This document shows, in pieces, positions 17,596-27,469 of a DNA stretch of 58,970 nucleotides (the stretch's first letter is position 1; every line of letters begins with the position of its first letter). Origin of the DNA: Flavobacteriaceae bacterium (GTDB taxonomy: Bacteria > Bacteroidota > Bacteroidia > UKL13-3); assembly GCA_025363675.1 (NCBI GenBank), contig JANYDJ010000160.1, forward strand, positions 1-58,970, written 5' to 3'. The notes below the pieces were generated by a model. The model was not told the DNA's origin, did not search any database, and saw only the letters and a list, made by a program, of their open reading frames with translations. The position numbers were made by a program, and so were the translations under genes.

Positions 17596-18822
17596 GTGCC
17601 AAAAAATAAAAGAAAAATAATTAACGACCCTGTGTATGGCCTTGTAAATGTGCCTTACGAGTTGGTGTTCGACATTATTGAAACTCCCGCATTTCAGCGA
17701 TTGCGAAGGATTAACCAGTTAGGAATGACAAATTTGGTATACCCCGGAGCTTTGCACACCCGCTTTCACCATGCCATTGGGGCTATGCATTTGATGCAGA
17801 TGGCCATAGAAAATTTGAAATTTAAAGGTGTAGAAATATCAGAGCATGAAGCCGAGGCTGCAGCGGTAGCTATTTTACTGCACGATGTGGGACATGGTCC
17901 TTTTAGTCACGCTCTCGAAAATTCTATTATACAAGTGCATCACGAAGAACTTTCCCTTGCCTTAATGGACGAGCTTAATGAGGCCTTTGGCAGCCGACTG
18001 CAAACTGCTATTCAAATATTTAAAAACGAGTATTCCCGCAAATTTTTTCACCAACTCATCAGCGGACAATTGGATATGGACCGGCTGGATTATTTACGTC
18101 GCGATAGTTTTTATACGGGCGTATCGGAGGGCACTGTGGGGTTCGACCGCATTATACACATGCTGGATGTAGCTAACGACGAATTGGTGGTTGAGGAAAA
18201 AGGAATCTACTCCATCGAAAAATTCTTATTGGCACGTCGCCTCATGTATTGGCAAGTATATCTCCACAAAACGGTGATAGCGGCTGAGAGTCTGCTTATT
18301 AATATTTTAACACGAGCAAAATATGTATCGCAGCAAGGAATCGAGCTTTTTGCCACCCCTACTTTGCAATATTTTTTGAAACAGCAAATAGATACCGAAC
18401 AATTTAACAAGGACAAAAAATATATATTAAACCAGTTTATAAAGCTGGACGATTTTGATGTGCTCGCTTCCATTAAAACTTGGACCGATGCACCTGACAA
18501 GGTTTTGTCTCTGCTGTGCCAATGGATGGTTGACCGCAATTTGCCCAAAGTAGTTTTGCAAGACAGCCCTATTTCAGCAGAAATGTTATTGGAAAAACAG
18601 ACACAGATTTCTGAAAAATATGGGGTGAGTTTGCAAGATACTGCTTATTTTGTGTATGAGGGAACGGTATCAAATATTACCTACAACAACGAAGAAAAAG
18701 GGATTAAAATTTTGATGAAGAATGGCGAGGTTTCCGATTTGTCGAAGGTTTCACAGCAATATAATATTCCTTCAGTAAATCAAACCATGGTAAAATATTA
18801 TATGTGTTTTAAGGCAAATTAA
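17596..18822 (+). CDS. HD-domain phosphohydrolase (dGTPase/SAMHD1-like family)
   Basis: 408 aa with a GTG start. Motifs are HTRFHHAIGAMHL, LLHDVGHGPFSH and DMDRLDYLRRDS. Confidence 0.9.
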   Translation: MPKNKRKIINDPVYGLVNVPYELVFDIIETPAFQRLRRINQLGMTNLVYPGALHTRFHHAIGAMHLMQMAIENLKFKGVEISEHEAEAAAVAILLHDVGHGPFSHALENSIIQVHHEELSLALMDELNEAFGSRLQTAIQIFKNEYSRKFFHQLISGQLDMDRLDYLRRDSFYTGVSEGTVGFDRIIHMLDVANDELVVEEKGIYSIEKFLLARRLMYWQVYLHKTVIAAESLLINILTRAKYVSQQGIELFATPTLQYFLKQQIDTEQFNKDKKYILNQFIKLDDFDVLASIKTWTDAPDKVLSLLCQWMVDRNLPKVVLQDSPISAEMLLEKQTQISEKYGVSLQDTAYFVYEGTVSNITYNNEEKGIKILMKNGEVSDLSKVSQQYNIPSVNQTMVKYYMCFKAN

Positions 18823-18872
18823 ATAGTTTTAAATTAGCATTTTCAATAGCATCTTTGCACAAACAAAACAAC

Positions 18873-19922
18873 ATGCAGATAACCGCAAAAATATTGGCAG
18901 AACTAACGAGTGGTGAACTTATTGGAAACCCGGATGCGGTGGTAAAAGGTGTTTCTAAAATTGATGAGAGCGAACCTGAAACCCTTAGTTTTTTTGCAAA
19001 CCCCAAATACGAAAGTCATTTATATAGTTGCAAATCAGCGGTGGTATTGGTAGCTAACACCTTTGTACCACAACAATCATTCACCACTACCTTAATAAAA
19101 GTAGATGACCCTTATGCGGCATTCACCAATTTGCTAGAGCAGTATCACCAACAGCAATTGCCCAGCTACGAAGGCATTAGCGAAAAAGCTTCGATACACG
19201 CAAGCTCTGTGCTGGGAAAGAATATATATATAGGCGACTTTGCCGTGATAGAAGAAGGGGCAAATATTGCTGATGGTGCTGCCATTTATCCGCAAACCTA
19301 TATAGGGAAAAATGTAAAAATTGGAACAGGTACTATTATATATCCCGGTGTTAAAATATATTATAACTGCGAAATTGGAAACAACTGTATTATACATGCG
19401 GGAACTATTATAGGCTCTGATGGATTTGGACACGCACCCCAAACAGATGGTAGCTATAAAAAAGTGCCACAAATGGGCAATGTTATTATACATAATAATG
19501 TAGAAGTGGGGGCAAATTGCACCATAGACAGGGCAACAATGGGCAGCACTATAATTAATGACGGCGTTAAGCTAGACAACCTCATACAAGTGGCTCACAA
19601 TTGCGAGATTGGTAAGAACACCGTGATTGCCGCCCTCACAGGAATTTCGGGAAGTTCTAAGTTGGGAGAGCAATGTGTAATAGGTGGGCAGGTAGGATTT
19701 GTGGGCCATGTAAACATTGCAAACGGTACACAAATAGGAGCCCAATCAGGAATAATGAAGGATATAACACAAGAGAAAAAAGCATGGATTGGCTCACCCA
19801 TATATGAATTGCGTGAATCGTTTAAAATGCAAGCAGCATATAGAAATTTACCCGAAATGGTAAGAAGAATTAACGAACTTGAAAAGCTCATTAAACAATT
19901 GAAGCCCGACGAAAATATATAA
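18873..19922 (+). CDS. lpxD: UDP-3-O-acylglucosamine N-acyltransferase
   Basis: 349 aa from ATG (MQITAKILAEL...). It has left-handed beta-helix hexapeptide repeats and sits immediately upstream of lpxC/fabZ. Confidence 0.93.
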   Translation: MQITAKILAELTSGELIGNPDAVVKGVSKIDESEPETLSFFANPKYESHLYSCKSAVVLVANTFVPQQSFTTTLIKVDDPYAAFTNLLEQYHQQQLPSYEGISEKASIHASSVLGKNIYIGDFAVIEEGANIADGAAIYPQTYIGKNVKIGTGTIIYPGVKIYYNCEIGNNCIIHAGTIIGSDGFGHAPQTDGSYKKVPQMGNVIIHNNVEVGANCTIDRATMGSTIINDGVKLDNLIQVAHNCEIGKNTVIAALTGISGSSKLGEQCVIGGQVGFVGHVNIANGTQIGAQSGIMKDITQEKKAWIGSPIYELRESFKMQAAYRNLPEMVRRINELEKLIKQLKPDENI

Positions 19923-19936
19923 TACTTGAACACCGC

Positions 19937-21328
19937 ATGAACTTAAAACAGACAACGATAAAAAAAGCGACAACACTTAGTGGCATTGGTCTTCACACTG
20001 GTTCGCAGGTAAGTTTGGAGTTTTGTCCAGCTTCCGAAAATCATGGATACAAATTCCAACGCATCGACTTACCCGGGCAGCCTATAGTAGAAGCCGATGT
20101 TGATTATGTAGTAGATGTGAGCCGTGGTACTACTTTAGAAAAAAATGGTGCACGCATAGCTACCGTTGAGCATTGCCTAGCAGCACTGGCGGGGCTAGAA
20201 ATTGACAATGTGCTTATTAAAATAGATGGTCCAGAAATTCCTATTATAGATGGTAGTGCAATGCCTTTTGTAGAAGCATTGCAAGCAGCGGGTATTATAG
20301 AGCAGGAAGCCGATCGTGAATATTTTAATTTGGCCCAGAATGTACATTACCTAGAGGAAGAGCGTGGAGTAGAAATGATTGCCATGCCGCTGGACGATTA
20401 TAGGCTTACGGTAATGGTCGATTATAATTCTCCTGTTTTGGGAAGCCAGCATGCGTCGCTTACCAGTTTAAAAGAATTTAAAAAAGAGATTGCTTCTTGC
20501 CGCACTTTTTGTTTTTTGCATGAACTAGAAGCCTTGTTAAAAAATGATTTAATAAAAGGTGGAGATTTAAACAATGCCATAGTAATAGTTGACCGCGTAG
20601 TTGCCGATGATGAGCTGGATCATTTGGCAGGTTTGTTTAATAAGCCCAAGGTAGAAGTGCGAAAAGAAGGTATATTGAACAATGTAGAATTGCGTTTTCA
20701 AAACGAACCCGCACGGCATAAACTACTCGATTTGATAGGAGATTTAGCACTAATCGGTATGCCCATTAAAGCTCAGATTATGTCAGCCAGGCCAGGGCAT
20801 GCAGCCAATGTAGCTTTTGCAAAAAAAATAAAAGCACTCATCAAAAAATCTAAGAAAAAAAGCGGGGCACCTATATACGATCCCAATATAAAACCAATAC
20901 ATGATACCGTTTCTATCATGAAAATGTTGCCGCACAAACATCCGTTTTTAATGGTCGATAAAATTATTGAGATGACGGCCAATACAGTGGTGGGCATTAA
21001 AAATATAACACATGACCAATACTTTTTTGCAGGGCATTTTCCAACAGAACCTCTGTTTCCAGCGGTATTGCAAATTGAAGCGATGGCACAGGCTGGCGGT
21101 ATTCTTATACTAAGCCAAGTACCGGACCCTGAAAACTATGTTACCTATTTTGTAAAAATAGATAATGCAAAATTCAAAGACAAAGTGGTGCCCGGCGATA
21201 CGTTAATTTTAAAATTAGAGCTCACACAGCCCTTCCGTCGTGGGTTGGCGATAATGAAAGGATCGGCCTATGTGGGCGATAAATTAGTTTCAGAAGCAAA
21301 TATGATGGCACAAGTAGTAAAAAAATAA
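19937..21328 (+). CDS. lpxC/fabZ: Bifunctional UDP-3-O-acyl-GlcNAc deacetylase / 3-hydroxyacyl-ACP dehydratase
   Basis: 463 aa. The LpxC part carries GIGLHTG, TVEHCLAAL and ARPGHAANV. The FabZ part carries LPHKHPFLMVD and FFAGHFP...LQIEAMAQ. Confidence 0.96.
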   Translation: MNLKQTTIKKATTLSGIGLHTGSQVSLEFCPASENHGYKFQRIDLPGQPIVEADVDYVVDVSRGTTLEKNGARIATVEHCLAALAGLEIDNVLIKIDGPEIPIIDGSAMPFVEALQAAGIIEQEADREYFNLAQNVHYLEEERGVEMIAMPLDDYRLTVMVDYNSPVLGSQHASLTSLKEFKKEIASCRTFCFLHELEALLKNDLIKGGDLNNAIVIVDRVVADDELDHLAGLFNKPKVEVRKEGILNNVELRFQNEPARHKLLDLIGDLALIGMPIKAQIMSARPGHAANVAFAKKIKALIKKSKKKSGAPIYDPNIKPIHDTVSIMKMLPHKHPFLMVDKIIEMTANTVVGIKNITHDQYFFAGHFPTEPLFPAVLQIEAMAQAGGILILSQVPDPENYVTYFVKIDNAKFKDKVVPGDTLILKLELTQPFRRGLAIMKGSAYVGDKLVSEANMMAQVVKK

Positions 21329-21380
21329 CCTTTCGATTCCGCCGCGGCGGATAGGGTGACATATAATATAACAAAGGAAA

Positions 21381-22430
21381 ATGAAAATTTGTATAACAGG
21401 AGGAGCGGGATTTATAGGATCGCATGTGGTACGTTTATTTGTAAAAAAATATCCAAACTATCATATATATAATTTAGACAAACTCACCTATGCGGGCAAC
21501 CTACAAAATATTATAGATATTGAAAACGAACCTAATTATACCTTTATAAAAGGTGATATTGTAGATAAAGATTTTATCACCCAATTATTTGAACAGGAAA
21601 AGTTTGACGGTGTTATACATTTGGCTGCCGAAAGCCATGTCGACCGTTCTATATCGAATCCGCTTGAGTTTGTGCAAACAAATGTGATAGGAACCGTTAA
21701 TTTACTAAATGCTTGTAAAACTATTTGGGGTAATAATTATGATAATAAAATATTCTATCATATATCAACCGACGAAGTGTATGGAACTTTGGGCGATGAT
21801 GATAAGTTTACCGAAGAAACGGCGTACGATCCACATTCTCCCTACTCCGCATCCAAAGCATCGAGCGACCATTTTGTGAGAGCATATTATGATACTTATA
21901 AACTGCCTATAAAAATAAGCAATTGTTCAAATAATTTCGGCACCCACCATTTTCCTGAAAAATTAATTCCTTTGTGTATTCACAATATTAAAAATAATAA
22001 ACCACTGCCTATTTATGGCAAGGGCGAAAATATAAGAGATTGGTTATGGGTTGAGGATCATGCCAGGGCAATTGATGTAATATATCATGAGGGAGTAATG
22101 GGCGAAACCTATAATATTGGTGGAAACAATGAATGGAAAAATATTGATTTGGTAAAATTATTATGCGATTTAATGGACAGCAAATTAAACAGGCCCGCTG
22201 GTGAATCACAAAAATTAATCACCTACGTTACTGATAGGGCCGGCCACGATTTTAGATATGCTATTGACTCGTCGAAACTACAAAACAACTTAAAGTGGAA
22301 ACCCACTGGAGACTTTGAGGGCGTGCTTTCACAAACTATCGACTGGTATTTAAAAAATGAAGAGTGGTTATATAATGTAACCAGTGGAAATTATCAAAAT
22401 TATTACGAGCAACAATATATAAACAGATAA
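21381..22430 (+). CDS. rfbB: dTDP-glucose 4,6-dehydratase
   Basis: 349 aa with GGAGFIGSH, STDEVYG and YSASKASSDH (SDR catalytic YxxxK). Confidence 0.93.
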   Translation: MKICITGGAGFIGSHVVRLFVKKYPNYHIYNLDKLTYAGNLQNIIDIENEPNYTFIKGDIVDKDFITQLFEQEKFDGVIHLAAESHVDRSISNPLEFVQTNVIGTVNLLNACKTIWGNNYDNKIFYHISTDEVYGTLGDDDKFTEETAYDPHSPYSASKASSDHFVRAYYDTYKLPIKISNCSNNFGTHHFPEKLIPLCIHNIKNNKPLPIYGKGENIRDWLWVEDHARAIDVIYHEGVMGETYNIGGNNEWKNIDLVKLLCDLMDSKLNRPAGESQKLITYVTDRAGHDFRYAIDSSKLQNNLKWKPTGDFEGVLSQTIDWYLKNEEWLYNVTSGNYQNYYEQQYINR

Positions 22431-22441
22431 ATATATACCTT

Positions 22442-22909
22442 ATGAATAAAAAATTAATACTATGTTTTTCATTGTTTTTTACAGTGACCTCATACGCACA
22501 AGATGGCGGCAAATATCACAATGCCATCGGCCTCTCATTGGGTTTACCTACAGGACTTAACTACAAAACCTTTTTAACAGAAAAATCTGCTTTAGATTTT
22601 GTAGGTGGAGTGCGGGCAGGGAGCGATTTTAGCGATTTATGGGCTACAGGTTTGTTCGAAATGCATATAGATTTGAAAGCGGATGGAGCAAAGTTTTATT
22701 ATGGTGCAGGAGCCTCTCTTCTATATTCGAATTTAATTACCAACCATATTGGTATGGGAGCTAACTTAGGTGTCGGCTTAGAATATAAATTCCCCGAAGC
22801 ACCTTTTGTTTTCGCGGCAGACTGGTCTCCTATTTTTTGGCTATACGGTCATCACAAAGAGTTTGATGGCATGTCAGGAGCCATTAAAGTGCGATATGTA
22901 TTAAACTAA
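22442..22909 (+). CDS. Small outer-membrane beta-barrel protein (hypothetical)
   Basis: 155 aa with signal peptide MNKKLILCFSLFFTVTSYAQ, alternating Gly/aromatic strands and a C-terminal ...IKVRYVLN. Confidence 0.7.
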   Translation: MNKKLILCFSLFFTVTSYAQDGGKYHNAIGLSLGLPTGLNYKTFLTEKSALDFVGGVRAGSDFSDLWATGLFEMHIDLKADGAKFYYGAGASLLYSNLITNHIGMGANLGVGLEYKFPEAPFVFAADWSPIFWLYGHHKEFDGMSGAIKVRYVLN

Positions 22910-22921
22910 AATATTCTAAAA

Positions 22922-23917
22922 ATGTTGCTACGCAAAAAACCCGTTCTATGCAATTACTATGTAACGTATCGTTGCAATGCAAAATGCGGTTTTTGTGATA
23001 TCTGGGAAAAGCCAAGCCCTTATGTAACTTTAGAAAACGTAGAACAAAACCTTATACAATTAAAACAACTAGGCGTGAAAGTGGTTGATTTTACAGGCGG
23101 TGAGCCCCTGCTTCACCAAGAGCTGGATAAAATGTTGTTATTGGCAAAAAAATATAAATTCATCACTACCGTTACCACCAACACTTTATTATATCCCAAA
23201 TATGCTGAAAAGTTAAAAGGATTAATAGATATGCTACACTTTAGTTTAGATTCAGCAGATGAAGCAAAGCATAATGAAAGCAGGGGTGTAAAATTATATG
23301 ATAAATTTGTTGAATCGCTGCAGATAGCTAAATCATTGGGCGAGAAACCCGATATATTATATACTGTTACCGAAAATAATATAGATGAAATAAAAGAAGT
23401 ATATACCAAATTTTGTTTGCCCAATAAATATATATTAATTCTCAATCCCATTTTTGAATACAATGGTGTGGGTAGCAAAATAAGCGACATCCAGCTTGAT
23501 GAATTAGTTAAATGGGGCAAAAAAAAATATATATATTTGAACAAAGCGTTTATCTCCTTACGCAAAGATGGCGGCAACCATATTGATAAGCCTGTGTGCA
23601 AAGCTGCAACCACCACTATTGTTATATCTCCGTTTAATGAACTGGTAATGCCTTGCTATCATTTGGATGAAGAAAAAATGCCTATCCATAATAATTTAAT
23701 TGAACTCCGCAATTCAGAAAAATCAAAATATTATATTGCCAACGAGGGTCGCTTGCCGGGCTGCGAAGGCTGTACGGTAAATTGTTATATGCAACCCTCA
23801 TTTAGTATTAATGTAAATAAATATTGGTTCGATGCACTACCTTCTACACTCAAATATAATATACTAAAAGGAACCTGGAAAAAACTAGATATTGGACTAA
23901 ACAAAGCAGCATTATGA
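22922..23917 (+). CDS. Radical SAM protein with C-terminal Cys-rich auxiliary region
   Basis: 331 aa with CNAKCGFC (CxxxCxxC) at residues 18-25, GGEPLL, and C-terminal cysteines (CKAA...PCYH...GCEGCTVNC). It ends with TGA. Confidence 0.85.
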   Translation: MLLRKKPVLCNYYVTYRCNAKCGFCDIWEKPSPYVTLENVEQNLIQLKQLGVKVVDFTGGEPLLHQELDKMLLLAKKYKFITTVTTNTLLYPKYAEKLKGLIDMLHFSLDSADEAKHNESRGVKLYDKFVESLQIAKSLGEKPDILYTVTENNIDEIKEVYTKFCLPNKYILILNPIFEYNGVGSKISDIQLDELVKWGKKKYIYLNKAFISLRKDGGNHIDKPVCKAATTTIVISPFNELVMPCYHLDEEKMPIHNNLIELRNSEKSKYYIANEGRLPGCEGCTVNCYMQPSFSINVNKYWFDALPSTLKYNILKGTWKKLDIGLNKAAL

Positions 23918-23919
23918 GC

Positions 23920-24037
23920 AGTTGTTAGTCGCTAGTCATTAGTCCCATACGGCCGACAACAACTAACGACTAACAACTGTTGACTAACAACTAACGACTG
24001 TTGACTAACGACTAACGACTGTTGACTAACGACTAAA
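23920..24037. repeat. Palindromic element with 7-nt periodic arms around CCATACGGC, extended by a 21-nt x3.7 tandem array (RACTAAC RACTAAC RACTGTT)
   Basis: The left arm AGTTGTTAGTCGCTAGTCATTAGTC is at 23920-23944 and the core at 23945-23953. The right arm at 23954-23978 has its outer 12 nt perfectly complementary. Eleven consecutive heptamers span 23961-24037 and end 10 nt before the lpxA ATG. Confidence 0.85.
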
Positions 24038-24047
24038 ATAAAAAATT

Positions 24048-24830
24048 ATGATACAACCATTTGCATACGTAAACCCCCAGGCCAAAATAGCCGACAATGT
24101 GGTGATAGATCCATTCACTGTAATCCATAAAAATGTGGAGATAGGCGAAGGTACTTGGGTTGGCCCCAATGTAACGATATTTGAAGGAGCAAGAATTGGA
24201 AAAAACTGTAGAATATTTCCAGGAGCTGTGATATCAGCTATACCCCAGGATTTGAAATTTGCAGGCGAAGAAACCACTTGCGAAATTGGCGACTATGTTA
24301 CCATTCGCGAGTGTGTAACGGTGAACCGCGGCACTACCGATAAGTGGAAAACCATTGTAGGAAGCCATGCCTTGTTAATGGCTTATGTGCACATAGCCCA
24401 CGATTGTATTATTGGCGAACACAGTATACTTGCAAACTCGGTGCAGCTGGCAGGCCACGTTACCGTAGGCGAACACGCTATTATTGGCGGACTTTCGGCA
24501 GTTCATCAGTTTGTAAATATCGGTCAGCATGCTATGGTTTCGGGAGGTTCCTTGGTGCGTAAAGATGTGCCTTTATATACAAAAGCTGCCCGCGAACCCT
24601 TAAGTTACGAAGGCGTAAATAGTATTGGTTTGCGTAGACGTGGTTTCACTTCTGAGAAAATTGCAGAGATACAAGAAATCTATAGATTGCTGTTTTTAAG
24701 AGGGCACAACACTGCCAAAGCATTGCAAATTATAGAAGCCGAAATGCCTGCTACCAAAGAACGCGACGAGATACTCGATTTTATTCGTGAATCGGATAGG
24801 GGTATTATGAAAGGCTATAATGCACGATAA
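24048..24830 (+). CDS. lpxA: Acyl-ACP--UDP-N-acetylglucosamine O-acyltransferase
   Basis: 260 aa with N-terminal hexapeptide-repeat beta-helix and a helical C-terminal domain (...GLRRRGF...). Confidence 0.95.
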   Translation: MIQPFAYVNPQAKIADNVVIDPFTVIHKNVEIGEGTWVGPNVTIFEGARIGKNCRIFPGAVISAIPQDLKFAGEETTCEIGDYVTIRECVTVNRGTTDKWKTIVGSHALLMAYVHIAHDCIIGEHSILANSVQLAGHVTVGEHAIIGGLSAVHQFVNIGQHAMVSGGSLVRKDVPLYTKAAREPLSYEGVNSIGLRRRGFTSEKIAEIQEIYRLLFLRGHNTAKALQIIEAEMPATKERDEILDFIRESDRGIMKGYNAR

Positions 24831-24894
24831 ATTAATATAAATAAAACACCCTTTATAATATATATTATAAAACTATAAATACAAAAAAATACTT

Positions 24895-27027
24895 ATGATT
24901 AAAAAAAATATTATCATACCCTGTTTAATTATTATATGCTTCCAATCAGCACTCGCACAAAAAAAAATGTTTAAATATCCCATTACACAAAAACAAAAAC
25001 AAACCGACAACTATCACGGTACCGAGGTGCAAGATCCTTATCGGTGGCTAGAGTACGACACAGCAGCCAATACTGCCGAATGGGTAAAAACCCAGAATAT
25101 GTGTACCCGAGCGTATATAGATCAAATTCCGTATAGAAATAATATCCGAAAAAAAATTGAGACGTTGAATGACTATCCGAAATATTCTTCGCCCATAAAA
25201 GCTGGAGATAATTATCTGTTTTATAAAAACAATGGCTTACAAAATCAAAGTGTTATATATATACAACAAAACCTTTATGGCGAGCCCTCGGTACTTATCG
25301 ACCCCAATACATACTCTAAAGAAGGCACTACGGCCATTGGGCTTGCGGGAATTTCTAATGACAACAAGCATGCGGCTTTCACGGTGCAAAAAGCAGGTAG
25401 CGATTGGCAAGAAATAATTGTATATAATCTCAACACAAAACAACAAACTAGTGATAAGTTGCAATGGGTGAAATTTAGTGGTGCATCTTGGTACAAAAAT
25501 GGTTTTTTTTATAGCCGATACGATGCTCCCAAACCAGGCCACGAATTTTCATCTACCAATCAAAATCACAAAATATATTATCATGTTTTGGGCAATACCC
25601 AAGACAAGGATGAGCTTATCTATACCGACCCTGCCAACCCTTTGCGATATTTTGGGGCCGAAGTTACCGAAGATGAAAAATATATGTTTATATCAATTTC
25701 AGAAGGAACTTACGGCACAGAACTATTATATAAAAATTTAGCAAGAGAGGATAAAACCTTTAATGTTCTATTTAAAGGTTTTAAGAATGAATATGGGGTG
25801 ATTGATAATATAGGAAACACACTACTGATAATCTCAAACGAGGGCACACCAAACAAACAATTAATTTTGGTGGACCCCAATAACCCACAAAAAGAAAATT
25901 GGAAAATAATTGTTCCTGAACAAAAAGAATTATTACAAAGTGCAAGCTATGTTGGTGGGAAAATAATAGTAAGCTATCTAAAAAACTGTGTTACAAAAGT
26001 ATATCAATATACACCCGATGGCACTATGGCAAAAGAAATTGTATTGCCCGGAAATGGCAGTGCATCGGGCTTCGGAGGTCATCGCAATGATGATTTTGTG
26101 TTTTATACCTATACTTCTTTTAACTATCCACCTTTTATTTTTAAATATGATATTACCACCGGAAAATCTACAAAATTTAGAGAACTAAGTCTTCCTTATG
26201 AACCCGAAGATTATATAATAGATCAGGTGTTTTATCCTAGCAAAGATGGTACAAAAATTCCCATGTTTATAGTATATAAAAAAGGCATGAAACTGGAAGG
26301 TAAGAATCCCACTTTATTATATGGATATGGCGGTTTCGATGTAAGCCTTACCCCATCGTTCAGTGCATCTCGCATCGCCTTTTTAAATATGGGAGGCGTG
26401 TATGTAATGGCCAATTTACGCGGTGGAGGAGAGTATGGCGAAGAGTGGCACAAAGCCGGAATGCTAGACAAAAAACAAACTGTATTCGACGATTTTTTTG
26501 CCGCTGCCGAGTATTTAATCGCCAACAAATATACTTCGTCGCCTTATCTCGCCATCCAGGGCGGGTCAAACGGGGGCCTGCTGGTGGGAGCCTGTATGAC
26601 GCAAAGACCCCATTTGTTTAAAGTGGCGTTTCCTGCGGTGGGTGTTTTGGACATGTTGCGTTATCACAAGTTTACTGTGGGCTGGGGCTGGGCAGTAGAG
26701 TATGGCAGCAGCGACAAAAAAGAACAATTTGATGTATTATATAAATATTCACCGCTGCACAATATAAAAAAGAATACAGAATACCCTGCCACTTTGGTAA
26801 CCACCGGCGACCACGATGACCGTGTAGTTCCTGCACATTCATTTAAATATATTGCCACCCTGCAAGAAATGCAAAAAGAGAAAAGCAAAAACCCGGTAAT
26901 GATTCGCATAGAAACCAATGCGGGCCATGGAGCTGGAAAACCTATTAGCAAACAATTAGATGAAATAGCAGATATATATGCTTTCATGTTTTGGAATATG
27001 GGTATTAAAACCATCAACCTAAATTAA
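24895..27027 (+). CDS. Prolyl oligopeptidase (S9A family), secreted/periplasmic
   Basis: 710 aa with a signal peptide, an N-terminal propeller region, and a catalytic domain with GGSNGGLL (Ser), DDRV (Asp) and GHG (His). Confidence 0.93.
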   Translation: MIKKNIIIPCLIIICFQSALAQKKMFKYPITQKQKQTDNYHGTEVQDPYRWLEYDTAANTAEWVKTQNMCTRAYIDQIPYRNNIRKKIETLNDYPKYSSPIKAGDNYLFYKNNGLQNQSVIYIQQNLYGEPSVLIDPNTYSKEGTTAIGLAGISNDNKHAAFTVQKAGSDWQEIIVYNLNTKQQTSDKLQWVKFSGASWYKNGFFYSRYDAPKPGHEFSSTNQNHKIYYHVLGNTQDKDELIYTDPANPLRYFGAEVTEDEKYMFISISEGTYGTELLYKNLAREDKTFNVLFKGFKNEYGVIDNIGNTLLIISNEGTPNKQLILVDPNNPQKENWKIIVPEQKELLQSASYVGGKIIVSYLKNCVTKVYQYTPDGTMAKEIVLPGNGSASGFGGHRNDDFVFYTYTSFNYPPFIFKYDITTGKSTKFRELSLPYEPEDYIIDQVFYPSKDGTKIPMFIVYKKGMKLEGKNPTLLYGYGGFDVSLTPSFSASRIAFLNMGGVYVMANLRGGGEYGEEWHKAGMLDKKQTVFDDFFAAAEYLIANKYTSSPYLAIQGGSNGGLLVGACMTQRPHLFKVAFPAVGVLDMLRYHKFTVGWGWAVEYGSSDKKEQFDVLYKYSPLHNIKKNTEYPATLVTTGDHDDRVVPAHSFKYIATLQEMQKEKSKNPVMIRIETNAGHGAGKPISKQLDEIADIYAFMFWNMGIKTINLN

Positions 27028-27045
27028 AAAAAGTAGAGGGATTGT

Positions 27046-27441
27046 ATGTACAAAAAGAAATTAATTATTGCCCTTTTTATATTAAGCACTACCCTCCTAT
27101 CGTGCAAAAAATCGGTGTTAGAAACTTTAAAAGATACACTCGTAAGTGGGCAGTGGAACATTGACAAATATGTATTCACCAATACCTCTAGCACATTTAC
27201 GGTTAACAACTATGGTACCTACACATTTAATAAAGATGGCAATGGTACTTATGTATTTTCTAACAACCCAAGCAACGTAAATAATTTTAAATGGTCCAAT
27301 ACGGATAGTACTATTACCACTACTTTAACAAGCAATAACCAAACAACCATATTTAAAGTAGTGGTAAATGATAAAACAAAACAACAGTGGACCACAAGCA
27401 GTAATAATGTGCACTATGATTATACTTTAACCAAAAAATAA
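27046..27441 (+). CDS. Small lipoprotein (lipocalin-like, hypothetical)
   Basis: 131 aa with lipobox-like LSTTLLSC and a Thr/Asn-rich beta-rich body. Confidence 0.7.
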   Translation: MYKKKLIIALFILSTTLLSCKKSVLETLKDTLVSGQWNIDKYVFTNTSSTFTVNNYGTYTFNKDGNGTYVFSNNPSNVNNFKWSNTDSTITTTLTSNNQTTIFKVVVNDKTKQQWTTSSNNVHYDYTLTKK

Positions 27442-27469
27442 TTATATAACAGTTTTTAATACCCAAGCT

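Noticed and set aside
23961-24037. The 21-nt tandem array considered as a possible CRISPR array.
   Set aside because: The repeats are contiguous with no spacers, the unit is only 21 nt made of 7-mers, and no cas genes are present in the window.
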